Below, piece by piece: positions 28,262 through 37,088 of a stretch of 64,000 bases of DNA. The stretch covers positions 1-64,000 of the forward strand of contig CAVUKA010000003.1 in the NCBI GenBank assembly GCA_963741945.1, written 5' to 3'. The notes under the pieces are model-generated. The model had not been told where the DNA came from and did not search any database. It saw only the letters and a program-made list of their open reading frames with translations. The first letter of the stretch is position 1. Each line of letters begins with the position of its first letter. The position numbers and the translations under genes were made by a program. This stretch comes from an uncultured Gemmatimonadales bacterium. Its GTDB lineage: Bacteria > Gemmatimonadota > Gemmatimonadetes > Longimicrobiales > RSA9.

Positions 28262-29794
28262 ATGTCAGCGGACGATGGTGAGCTGAAGGGACCGGACCTG
28301 GAAGCGGGCGTGGCGGTGGAGGAGCTGCGGGACGGGGAGCCGCTGCTGGGGCACGCGGGGGGCGAGGCGGTGATGATGGTCCGGCGGGGCGACGAGGTGC
28401 TGGCCATCGGCGCCACGTGCACCCACTATGGCGGTCCGCTGGCGGAGGGGCTGGTCACGGGCGAGCGGGTGTATTGCCCGTGGCACCACGCGTGTTTCTC
28501 GCTGCGCAGCGGTGAGCCGCTGGAAGCGCCGGCGCTGAACCCCGTGGCCCGCTGGTCCGTGGAGGTGGCGGACGGCGTCGCCCGTGTCACCGGCCGGGAG
28601 GAGCGGGACCCGCTGGACAGCCGCGGCCGGAAGGCGGAGGGCCCGGAATCGGTGGTGATCGTGGGCGCGGGCGCGGCCGGTAGCGCCGCGGCGGAGATGC
28701 TGCGCCGGGAGGGATACGAGGGCCCGGTGACGCTGGTGGACCCCGAGGAGTGGGCGCCGTACGACCGGCCCAACCTGTCGAAGGACTACCTGGCCGGCGA
28801 GGCGCCGGAGGAGTGGATCCCGCTCCGGCCGGACGGCTTCTACGAAGAGCGCGGGATCGAGCGCGTGCGCGCGACCGCGGAGTCGCTGGACACGGGGCGG
28901 AAGGAGCTGCGCCTGTCCGACGGGCGCACGCTGCGCTACGGCGCGCTCCTGCTGGCCACGGGCGCGCGGCCGCGTCGCCTGGACGTGCCGGGCGCGGAGC
29001 TGCCCCACGTGCACACGCTCCGCTCGCTGGACGACTGCCGGCGGATCATCGAGGACGCGGAGAACGCGGAGCGGGCGGTGGTGATCGGCGCCAGCTTCAT
29101 CGGGATGGAGACCGCGGCGTCGCTCCGCCACCGGGGGCTCGACGTGGCGGTCGTGGCCATGGACCCGGTCCCGTTCGCGGGCGCGCTGGGGAAGGCCGTG
29201 GGCGAGTACCTGCGGGGCGTGCACGAGGACCACGGCGTGCGCTTCCACCTGGGGCGCACGGTGGACGCCATCGAGGAGGGGACGGTCCGGCTGGACGACG
29301 GCACGGAGCTGCCCGCGGACCTGGTGCTGGTGGGGATCGGCGTGGCGCCGGACACGGCACTGGCGGAAGCCGCCGGGCTGGACGTGGACAACGGCGTCGT
29401 CGTGGACGAGATGATGCGCGCCAGCGCGGACGGCGTGTTCGCCGCGGGCGACATCGCCCGCTTCCCCGACCCGCGCACGGGGCAGCGCATCCGCGTGGAG
29501 CACTGGGTGCACGCGCAGCGGACGGGGCAGGCGGCGGCGAGGAGCATGCTGGGCGTGGGCGAGGGCTACCACGCGCCGCCGTTCTTCTGGACCCGGCAGT
29601 TCGACGCCGGGCTGACGTACGTGGGCCACGCCCGCGACTGGGACGACGAGCGGATCGAGGGGGACCTGGCGAGCGGCGATGCCGTGGTGCGGCTGCTCCG
29701 CGACGGCCGGGAGCTGGCGGTGATCGCGGTGGGCCGGGACGCGGAGAGCCTTGCGGCGGAGGTGGGGATGCAGACGGAGGCCCGGGGCCGGTAG
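28262..29794 (+). CDS. Rieske [2Fe-2S] + FAD/NAD(P)H oxidoreductase fusion (AIF/ferredoxin reductase-like)
   Basis: CTHYG...CPWHH, GAGAAG, YDRPNLSK, LLATG, GASFIGME, FAAGDIA, RVEHW, PFFWT. Confidence 0.93.
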   Translation: MSADDGELKGPDLEAGVAVEELRDGEPLLGHAGGEAVMMVRRGDEVLAIGATCTHYGGPLAEGLVTGERVYCPWHHACFSLRSGEPLEAPALNPVARWSVEVADGVARVTGREERDPLDSRGRKAEGPESVVIVGAGAAGSAAAEMLRREGYEGPVTLVDPEEWAPYDRPNLSKDYLAGEAPEEWIPLRPDGFYEERGIERVRATAESLDTGRKELRLSDGRTLRYGALLLATGARPRRLDVPGAELPHVHTLRSLDDCRRIIEDAENAERAVVIGASFIGMETAASLRHRGLDVAVVAMDPVPFAGALGKAVGEYLRGVHEDHGVRFHLGRTVDAIEEGTVRLDDGTELPADLVLVGIGVAPDTALAEAAGLDVDNGVVVDEMMRASADGVFAAGDIARFPDPRTGQRIRVEHWVHAQRTGQAAARSMLGVGEGYHAPPFFWTRQFDAGLTYVGHARDWDDERIEGDLASGDAVVRLLRDGRELAVIAVGRDAESLAAEVGMQTEARGR

Positions 29795-29883
29795 CCGACC
29801 GGCTGAAGCGGCGACCCGGGTCCGCTCGGGCCCTCAGCGCCCGACGCGGGCTCGGCCCGGGCCGCACCCGTCCGCCCTGCGGG

Positions 29884-30372
29884 CTATCCCCGCCGCACCG
29901 CCTCCGGCAGCGCAGGCAGCCAGCCGACTTCCACCACCGCCCAGATCCCCAGCAGGATCGCTTCGGCGGCGTCGTGCCGGAGGGAGGTGGGGCGCGGAGC
30001 GCGGGACCAGTCGATGACGCGGCGGGCGAGGGTGTCGGCGTGCGCCTTGGCGGCGGCGCCGGTGCGGCGGTCACGGGGAAGGAGGAGCGGCTCGCGCCAG
30101 TCGGCGGCGTGGACCTGGATCACCTCCACACCCCGGCGCCCGGCCTCGCGGAGCCACGGATCGGCTGCGGTCCCCCCTCCCTCGACGGCCAGGAACCGGA
30201 CGGGCGCCATGTCGTTCAGGACCCGCCAGGCCGCGCGGCGGAGGCGGGCGACGGAGCCGTAGTTCCTGGAGCGGTACCAGCGGAGGCGGCCGTCGTCGCC
30301 GTAGAACGCCAGACCCGCCCGGACGCCCGCATCGATGGCGAGCAGGCCTCCGGGGGGATCGCGTTCAGCCAC
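29884..30372 (-). CDS. Hypothetical protein with RuvC/RNase H-like fold motifs
   Basis: LLAIDAGVRAGLA, LAVEG and HDAAEAILLG match the spacing of RuvC acidic motifs. Confidence 0.65.
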   Translation of the reverse strand: MAERDPPGGLLAIDAGVRAGLAFYGDDGRLRWYRSRNYGSVARLRRAAWRVLNDMAPVRFLAVEGGGTAADPWLREAGRRGVEVIQVHAADWREPLLLPRDRRTGAAAKAHADTLARRVIDWSRAPRPTSLRHDAAEAILLGIWAVVEVGWLPALPEAVRRG

Positions 30373-30392
30373 CTGCTACCGGCTGCCGTTGA

Positions 30393-31355
30393 TCAGTGGC
30401 TCCCGAGCCACTCCAGCACGGTCCGGTCGAACGCTTCCGGCCGCTCGATCATGCTGAGGTGCCCGGCGTCGTCGATCTCCTCGAGCGTGGCGTTCGGGAT
30501 CCGCTCGGCCCCCTCCTCGAACACGCGCTCCGGGAAGCCGGGGTGGAGGTACGGATTCGGGATCAGGCCGTCGTCCTCGCCGTACACGATGAGCGTGGGC
30601 TGCTCGATCCGATCGAGGTACGGCGTCGTGGGCTCGTCCAGCATGGCGCCGACGCTCTTCACCACCGCGTCGGCGAACAGGTCGAACTCATCGGTCTTCG
30701 CGAGCCTCACCCGCTCCTCGACCATCCACTCGAGGCGGTCGTGCCAGTCGTTGAAGTTGAGCGCCAGGTTGCGACGGATGGCATCCTCGGGTGTCTTCCG
30801 GATCGCCTCGATGCTGTAGACGCCGCGCAGCCACTTCCCTTCTCCCGGCAGGAAGGACTCGATCCCCGCCGGGTCCACCAGCACGAGCCGGTCCACCGCT
30901 TCAGGATACTGGAGGGCGGTGATCATGGCGATCTGCCCGCCCATGGACTGGCCGACCAGCGTGACGTGCTCGAGGCCGAGCTCGTCGATCAGGTCGCGGA
31001 TGGTGGCCGCCTGGAAGCTGAGGGAGTAGTCGTACTCGGCGCTCTTCTCCGAGCGGCCGTAGCCCGGGAGGTCGATGGCGATGACACGGTAATGCTCCGC
31101 GAGCGCCGGGATGTTGTAGCGCCAGAACCCCAGGTTGGAGGCGAGGCCGTGGATCAGGATGAGCGTCTGCGGCCCGGTGCCCACGTCCACGTACGCGACC
31201 GTCGGATCGTCGAGGGCGTAGCGGACGGGGAAGCCGTAGTCGAGCTCCGAGAAGGGGAGCGGGGCGGCGTCGCGGTACTCGAACCCGCCGATGCACCCGG
31301 TGAGCGCGGCGAGGGCGGCCAGCGCGAAGAACGCGCGTGTCTTGGGCGTGCTCAT
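30393..31355 (-). CDS. Lipoprotein alpha/beta hydrolase (esterase/lipase-like)
   Basis: Lipobox LTGC, LIHGL, DLPGYG, GQSMGG, GEDDGLI, AGH; TGATG overlap with the upstream gene. Confidence 0.92.
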   Translation of the reverse strand: MSTPKTRAFFALAALAALTGCIGGFEYRDAAPLPFSELDYGFPVRYALDDPTVAYVDVGTGPQTLILIHGLASNLGFWRYNIPALAEHYRVIAIDLPGYGRSEKSAEYDYSLSFQAATIRDLIDELGLEHVTLVGQSMGGQIAMITALQYPEAVDRLVLVDPAGIESFLPGEGKWLRGVYSIEAIRKTPEDAIRRNLALNFNDWHDRLEWMVEERVRLAKTDEFDLFADAVVKSVGAMLDEPTTPYLDRIEQPTLIVYGEDDGLIPNPYLHPGFPERVFEEGAERIPNATLEEIDDAGHLSMIERPEAFDRTVLEWLGSH

Positions 31356-32923
31356 CAGAACATCAGCCAGCTGAGGGTGAAGAAGGAGACCCACGGGTTC
31401 CGGGGCCGTGCGCCGGGCACCGTCACACCCGGTGCGTCGTAGAAGTCGCCCAGCATCAGGTACGCGGTGGAGAAGCCGGCGGTGAGGAAAACACCGATGT
31501 TGTACTTCGCTTCGAAGTTCACCTCGGTCCCCATGTAGTTGCCGCCCCCCGTGGGCTGCGTGTTGGAGATCGCCGAAGCCACGCCGACTTTCGTGTTGAG
31601 CCGGTTCGGGATCCAGTCCCGGGCCACGTTCACCGCCCCGCCCGTCACGCCGAAGCCCATGTTGGAGATGTCGTGCACGGCGGAGTAGTAGCGGTTCACC
31701 ACCTGCGGGTCCGGGAAGAGGAGGAACGCACGGTGGGAGCTGTAGATCCCCACGGGAGAGCCCCAGACGTTGCCCGTGATGACGCTGCTCACCCTGCCAT
31801 CGCTGACGCCGTTGCCATCGCCGGTGGTGGCAATGAGCTCGGCCCACGCCTTGTCGTTCACCGTCGCGCCGTAGCGGTAGGCCAGCGACGCGTTGGCGGC
31901 CACGCCCAGGATGTCGGCGCCGTGGACGAAGTCGCCGGCGGCGAGCGTGTCCACCACGCCCACGTTGGCGATGGCGAAGGCGTCCGCCCACCAGCGACCG
32001 GTGGCGAACTCGCGGTTCCACGCCGCGCGGCCGCCGATCCAGCCGATGTCGGCGTGGTAGCGGCCGTCGATGTTCAGGGTGGTGGCGCCGTTGTAGCCGG
32101 GGAGGAGGCTGGTGAGCCCCTGCCCCAGCACGGAAATCCCGCCGGCGCCCTCCGCCCTGTCCCGGAGGTACCAGGCGTCGAGGCCGAGCTCGAGGTGCGG
32201 CGAGACGCGGGAGTCCACGTCGCCCATGAGGAGGATGACGTCGTCATCGCGGGCGATGAGGTTCTCCCACAACTGGTAAGCGCCCACGCGTCCGCGTACA
32301 CCCGGCCGCAGCGACCCGAAGACGTTCACGCCCACGGCGTTGGTGCCCCAGAACGCGAGCTTGTAGCCGCTGGTCTGGGCGGTGGTGAGCGTGATGTTGT
32401 GCGGGTCGTACGTGTTGTCGTACAGCCGCTGCATCCCGATCACCGCGTTCCACGGCGCGTTCTTCGGGTGCAGGTCCACGTTGGCCATCAGCGTCTGGAG
32501 ATTGACCTGCGCGACGTTGATGGAGCCGCCCCGGTTCCCGCCCACGCCGTACGCCTGGTCGCCCCAGGTGTAGTCGATCTTGAACATGAGCCGGAACGTG
32601 GCGAGCCCGTCCAGGATGGCCGGGCGATAGATCAGGTAGGGGACGAAGCGCTGCTCCACGTACTGCGCCGTCCGGGCCACTGTCTCGGTGGAGTTGGGCC
32701 CGAACAATCGCCCGATCACCTGCCCCTGCAGGAGGTCGTTGGTGGGCGTCACGTTGGAAGCCGTGGCGCGGGTGAATGAGTAGCCGATGAACGTCCACTC
32801 CTTCGGAACCGAATCCCTCGCCGCCGCGACCGTGTCCATGGCCGCGTGCAGCCCCGTGATCTGCGCGCCCGCTCCCGTTGCGCAGCCCAGCGCGAGCGCT
32901 GCGGCCGTCATCACCCGTCTCAT
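31355..32923 (-). CDS. Putative outer-membrane beta-barrel protein of unknown function
   Basis: Signal peptide, amphipathic aromatic-rich strands, C-terminal ...FFTLSWLMF. Confidence 0.75.
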   Translation of the reverse strand: MRRVMTAAALALGCATGAGAQITGLHAAMDTVAAARDSVPKEWTFIGYSFTRATASNVTPTNDLLQGQVIGRLFGPNSTETVARTAQYVEQRFVPYLIYRPAILDGLATFRLMFKIDYTWGDQAYGVGGNRGGSINVAQVNLQTLMANVDLHPKNAPWNAVIGMQRLYDNTYDPHNITLTTAQTSGYKLAFWGTNAVGVNVFGSLRPGVRGRVGAYQLWENLIARDDDVILLMGDVDSRVSPHLELGLDAWYLRDRAEGAGGISVLGQGLTSLLPGYNGATTLNIDGRYHADIGWIGGRAAWNREFATGRWWADAFAIANVGVVDTLAAGDFVHGADILGVAANASLAYRYGATVNDKAWAELIATTGDGNGVSDGRVSSVITGNVWGSPVGIYSSHRAFLLFPDPQVVNRYYSAVHDISNMGFGVTGGAVNVARDWIPNRLNTKVGVASAISNTQPTGGGNYMGTEVNFEAKYNIGVFLTAGFSTAYLMLGDFYDAPGVTVPGARPRNPWVSFFTLSWLMF

Positions 32924-32957
32924 GTGCCGGCTCCTTCGTCAGGCCCGGGGAGAACGA

Positions 32958-32980
32958 GGAGCCGGCCCCGCGCCGGCTCC
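32958..32980 (-). other. Intra-operon GC stem-loop
   Basis: GGAGCCGGC (32958-32966) / GCCGGCTCC (32972-32980). Confidence 0.6.
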
Positions 32981-32993
32981 CCTTCGCCTCGAA

Positions 32994-33506
32994 TCAGTTC
33001 CTGCGATCGTAGTTCTGGGTCCAGTACGGGCCGGTGGGATTCCCGCCGACCGTGGTGCTGCCGAAACCGCCGGAGACGGTGGGCGGATTCACGCCCGCGA
33101 GCGCCGGCTCCACCTGGATGACCTCATACTTCATCGTGTTGCCGCTCACCTGGAAGATCCCCTCGGACGTCACGGCCGTGGGGGTGGCCTGATTCGCCGT
33201 GATCGACCGGACCTGCCCCTCCGGCTGCGTGCCGGCCACGTAGGTGCCCGTGAGGGTGATCGGCTGAGCCGTGCCGCCATAATACTGGACCACCGTGTAC
33301 GTTCCGTTCTCGTTGAACGTGGCGATGATGCTGTCCGTGAAGAACGGGCTCGCGGCCAGACCCGGCGCCACGTCGGCGCCCTTGGAGACCCACGTGCCCA
33401 CCAGTTCGTCCACCTGGTTCTCGTTGCCCGTGGAGTCCTCGCTCCCGCACGCCGCCACACCGAGGCCGGCCACCACCAGCAACGCCAGAATTGCCTTCTT
33501 CCTCAT
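32994..33506 (-). CDS. Lipoprotein, beta-rich (lipocalin-like)
   Basis: Lipobox VAAC, LVGTW motif, TFNENGTY; GGAGG RBS. Confidence 0.85.
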   Translation of the reverse strand: MRKKAILALLVVAGLGVAACGSEDSTGNENQVDELVGTWVSKGADVAPGLAASPFFTDSIIATFNENGTYTVVQYYGGTAQPITLTGTYVAGTQPEGQVRSITANQATPTAVTSEGIFQVSGNTMKYEVIQVEPALAGVNPPTVSGGFGSTTVGGNPTGPYWTQNYDRRN

Positions 33507-33561
33507 TTGGCTCCTCCCATGGTTTGATATCCGGCGACGGCGTGCGCCGACGCCCCTCGAC

Positions 33562-33990
33562 TCACGTCTTTCGTGGCATGACCACCGACTCCCCCTCCGC
33601 CACCACCTTCCCGTCCTGGTTCACGCAGCGCGTAGCCAGCGTGACCCGGTTCTTCTCCCGGTCCAGCGCCGTGACCTCCGCGCGCGCGGTCACCGTGTCG
33701 CCGAACATCACCGGCGCCGTGAACCGGAGGCTCTGCGAGACGTAGATGACGCCGGGCCCCGGCAGCTTCATCCCGATCACCGTGGAGATGAACGCAGCCG
33801 TGAGGATCCCGTGGGCGATGCGCTGGCCGAAGCGCGACTGCGCCGCGGCCACCGCGTCCACGTGGACGGGGTTGAAGTCGCCCGTGATCCCGGCGAACCC
33901 GTACACGTCGCTCTCCGAGACCGTCTTCGTGAACTCCGCCGCCTGCCCCACCTCCAGCTCGCCGATGGTGAGGCCGTTCATCCGATCCAT
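33562..33990 (-). CDS. MaoC/PhaJ-family (R)-specific enoyl-CoA hydratase
   Basis: FAGITGDFNPVHVD hydratase motif, RIAHG, LPGPG, QSLRFTAPV. Confidence 0.92.
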   Translation of the reverse strand: MDRMNGLTIGELEVGQAAEFTKTVSESDVYGFAGITGDFNPVHVDAVAAAQSRFGQRIAHGILTAAFISTVIGMKLPGPGVIYVSQSLRFTAPVMFGDTVTARAEVTALDREKNRVTLATRCVNQDGKVVAEGESVVMPRKT

Positions 33991-33992
33991 GC

Positions 33993-35528
33993 TCACCCCC
34001 TTCCTGCGTCCGCGCGCGCCCGCTCGCGCAACGCCTTCTTCAGCACCTTGCCGCTGTCCCCGCGGGGCAGCTCGTCCAGGAACTCCACCTGCTTCGGCAT
34101 CTTGTACTTCGCCAGCTGACCCGCGCAGTACTCGACCACCTCTTCGGCGGTGAGCGACGACCCGGGCTCCACCACCACGTACGCCCGCCCGACCTCGCCC
34201 CACTTCGCGTCCGGCACCCCGATCACCGCCACTTCGCGGATGGCGGGGTGCGTGCGGAGGAATTGCTCCACCTCGGCCGGGTAGACGTTCTCCCCGCCGC
34301 TCTTGTACATGTCCTTCTTCCGGTCCACGACGTAGAAGAAGCCCTCGGCGTCGCGGCGGACCAGGTCGCCGGTGTGGAACCAGCCGTCGCGGATGGCGTC
34401 GGCGGTGGCTTCCGGGTTCCGCCAGTAGCCGGGCGTGCAGACGGGGCCGCGGAGCACCAGCTCGCCCACCCGGTCGTCGCCCAGCGGACGGTCGTCGTCA
34501 TCCACGACGCGGGCGTCGACGTAGAAGTTGGGGAAGCCGATGGAGCCGATCTTCCGCTCGGCGTGCTCCTCGTTCAGGCTGAACACGTTGGGCCCGAACT
34601 CCGTGAGACCGTAGCCCTGGCGGATCGGGACGCCCCGGCCGTGCCAGAGCCGGATCAGCTCCAGCGGCATCGGCTCGCCCCCCACGATGGCGTAGCGCAC
34701 GCGGGCGAAGTCCGTGGCGTCGAACTTGGGCGAGCGGCGCAGCATCTCCATGATCGTGGGGAGCCCGAAGAGGATGGTGACGCCCTCGTCGTCCACCAGC
34801 TCCAGGACCCGGTCCGCGTCGAACTTCGGCAGCAGGATCAGCTTCCCGCCCCGGTGCAGGAACGGCGTGGTGAGGACGTTCCAGCCGCCCGTGTGGAAGA
34901 ACGGCGTGTACGTCAGCGTGACGTCGCTCTGCACCAGGTTCAGCCGGAGCGTGGTGTTCACGCTGTTCCAGAAGAGCATGCCGTTCGTGATGAGCGCGCC
35001 CTTCGGCTTGCCCGTGGTGCCGGACGTGTAGAGCAGCATGCACGGCGTGTCGAAGTCGCCGGGCACCGGCACGGGCTCCGCCGGCAGCGTCTCGTCGGCC
35101 ACGCTCGCGGCCCAGCCGCCGTCGCCTTCGAACGGGAGCCGGCGGGACGGGAGCGCGGCGTCGGCGATGGCGGCCACCACGCCGTCGTACTGGCGCTGGT
35201 GGATCAGCGCGGCGGGCTCCGCGTCGGCGAGGATCCACTCCAGCTCCCGGGGCGCGAGCCGATAGTTCAGCGGCAGGAGGATGGCGCCGAGCTTCTGACA
35301 GGCGAAGAGGAGCAGCACGTACTCCGGCTCGTTCATGGACAGCACGGCCAGCCGGTCCCCCTCGCCCACGCCGAGCTCGTCCGCCAGGAAGCGCGCGCCG
35401 CGGTCGATCATCCGGCGGCACTGGGCGTACGTGAAGCGCCGGCCCGTGGCGTCATCCTGGAGCGCGACGGCGTCGGGGCTGTACTCCGCCCACTTCTCGA
35501 ACCAGTCCACTCGCGAATCGATCTCCAT
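33993..35528 (-). CDS. Acyl-CoA synthetase (AMP-forming, fatty-acid-CoA ligase family)
   Basis: YTSGTTGKPKG, GYGLTE, GWFHTGD, DRKKDMYKSGGENVYPAEVE, GKVLK. Confidence 0.95.
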   Translation of the reverse strand: MEIDSRVDWFEKWAEYSPDAVALQDDATGRRFTYAQCRRMIDRGARFLADELGVGEGDRLAVLSMNEPEYVLLLFACQKLGAILLPLNYRLAPRELEWILADAEPAALIHQRQYDGVVAAIADAALPSRRLPFEGDGGWAASVADETLPAEPVPVPGDFDTPCMLLYTSGTTGKPKGALITNGMLFWNSVNTTLRLNLVQSDVTLTYTPFFHTGGWNVLTTPFLHRGGKLILLPKFDADRVLELVDDEGVTILFGLPTIMEMLRRSPKFDATDFARVRYAIVGGEPMPLELIRLWHGRGVPIRQGYGLTEFGPNVFSLNEEHAERKIGSIGFPNFYVDARVVDDDDRPLGDDRVGELVLRGPVCTPGYWRNPEATADAIRDGWFHTGDLVRRDAEGFFYVVDRKKDMYKSGGENVYPAEVEQFLRTHPAIREVAVIGVPDAKWGEVGRAYVVVEPGSSLTAEEVVEYCAGQLAKYKMPKQVEFLDELPRGDSGKVLKKALRERARADAGRG

Positions 35529-35540
35529 GCTCCCCTCTCC

Positions 35541-37088
35541 CTACGACGACGCGCCGGGCGACGACGGGCCGGCCGACCCGGTCGCCCCGGCCGCGACCAC
35601 GGCGGGCGCGCCCTCACCCGAGCCGACGCCCGCCCCGCCCGGCCCCACCACCAGCCCGATCCCCCCCACCACCAGCGACGCCGCAATGGCGCACGTGGCG
35701 GGCACGGCCGGGTTGTTGTGGTACATGGTCACCTGGCCGTAGTACATGCCGAAGTGCACCACGATGGCCGTGGCCGAAGCCGCCCAGATCCACCCTTTCG
35801 CCATGCTCTTCGTGAAGATGCCGAGGAGGATCGGGACGAACGTGGCCGCGAACAGGCCGTAGACGCCGTTCTGCGCGAAGATCGCCACGCTGAGCGACGG
35901 CGCCACGATCTGCTTCCACGACAGCGCCACGGTCACGGGCGCCAGCGCGATGAGGAACCAGCGGGCGTAGACCAGCGAGCGCGCTTTCCACGCCGGGTCG
36001 TCGCGCCGGCCGCCGCCGGTGAGGTGGCGGAGGAAGTCGTTGGCGAAGATGGAGCTGAGCGCCACCAGGATCGCTTCCATGGTGGAGAAGCCCGCCGCCA
36101 GGAGCCCGAGCACCACCACGGCGCGGGTGAACGAGCTGAACTCCGTCACCATGTACGTGGCCATGACGGTGTCGGGGGGGATCGTTTCGCCCGCGAACGT
36201 GAGGCGCGCGAACAGTCCCGTGACGAGCACCGCGAAGAAGAGCCCGGCCACCACCATGGCCGTGGCCAGGTAGCGGTTCACGTCCTTCTCGCTCCGCAGG
36301 TAGAGCGACTTGGAGATGATGTGCGGCTGCAGGATGATGGCGAGCCCCACCACGAAATTGGCCACGAACACTTCGAACCAGTCGCGGAAGAGCAGGCTGG
36401 TGGGGTTCACCGGGTCCGCGTAGTGCGGGCCGACGGCGGCGAGGCGCTGGAAGAAGCCGCTGATGCCGTGGTCGAAGAATTTCGCCCCGGACCCGAGGAA
36501 GAGCAGCGCCACCACGATCATGATGCCGGCCTGCATGGTGTTCGTGAGCACGTGCGTGCCCGCGCCGCCGAGCAGGATGTACGTGAACGTGAACGCCACC
36601 ACCGAGAGGAGCGCCACCCAGGTGGGGAGCGCCAGCGCCTGCGCCAGGACGAGCGTGAGGCCCACCACGATCAACACCAGGAAGCTGACCTGGAGCAGGC
36701 TGAGCACGGCGAACCAGACGCTCAGCCGCTTCTCGCCGAAGCGGTCCCCGATCCACTGCGGCACCGTGAGCACGCGCGTCCGGTCCCCGATGCGGCGGAA
36801 GCTCTTCGAGAAGACCACGAGGCCGAGGAACATCCCGAGCGGGGCGGCCACCGCGTAGCCGAGCACGCCAGACCAGCCGTACAGGTAGATGAGGCCCGGG
36901 TTGATGACGAACGTGGCCGCACTGGTCAGGCTCGCCGCCAGGCTCAGGCCCACGGCCACCGGGCTCACCTGACGCGACCCCACCGAATAGCTCTCCATGG
37001 TGGACGCGCGCCGCGCGCGCCACGCGATGCCGGCCACGAAGACCCCGTAGACCGCAACCAGCACCCACGACCAGAACGATTCGCTCAT
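35541..37088 (-). CDS. Sodium:solute symporter (SSF) family protein
   Basis: Multi-TM; SLTSAATFVINPG, TVPQWIGDRF, LLAAGFST; ATGA overlap with the FabH-like gene. Confidence 0.9.
   Translation of the reverse strand: MSESFWSWVLVAVYGVFVAGIAWRARRASTMESYSVGSRQVSPVAVGLSLAASLTSAATFVINPGLIYLYGWSGVLGYAVAAPLGMFLGLVVFSKSFRRIGDRTRVLTVPQWIGDRFGEKRLSVWFAVLSLLQVSFLVLIVVGLTLVLAQALALPTWVALLSVVAFTFTYILLGGAGTHVLTNTMQAGIMIVVALLFLGSGAKFFDHGISGFFQRLAAVGPHYADPVNPTSLLFRDWFEVFVANFVVGLAIILQPHIISKSLYLRSEKDVNRYLATAMVVAGLFFAVLVTGLFARLTFAGETIPPDTVMATYMVTEFSSFTRAVVVLGLLAAGFSTMEAILVALSSIFANDFLRHLTGGGRRDDPAWKARSLVYARWFLIALAPVTVALSWKQIVAPSLSVAIFAQNGVYGLFAATFVPILLGIFTKSMAKGWIWAASATAIVVHFGMYYGQVTMYHNNPAVPATCAIAASLVVGGIGLVVGPGGAGVGSGEGAPAVVAAGATGSAGPSSPGASS

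Noticed and set aside
27421-30372. RNA-guided system pairing the RuvC-like gene with the 60-bp array
   Set aside because: They are 2.2 kb apart and separated by unrelated redox genes. The protein is too small and has no visible RNA-binding domain, and the array has no spacer diversity.
33993-35528. Calling this ligase menE
   Set aside because: A separate menE sits in the men cluster; this gene's context is the TetR/FabH-like operon.
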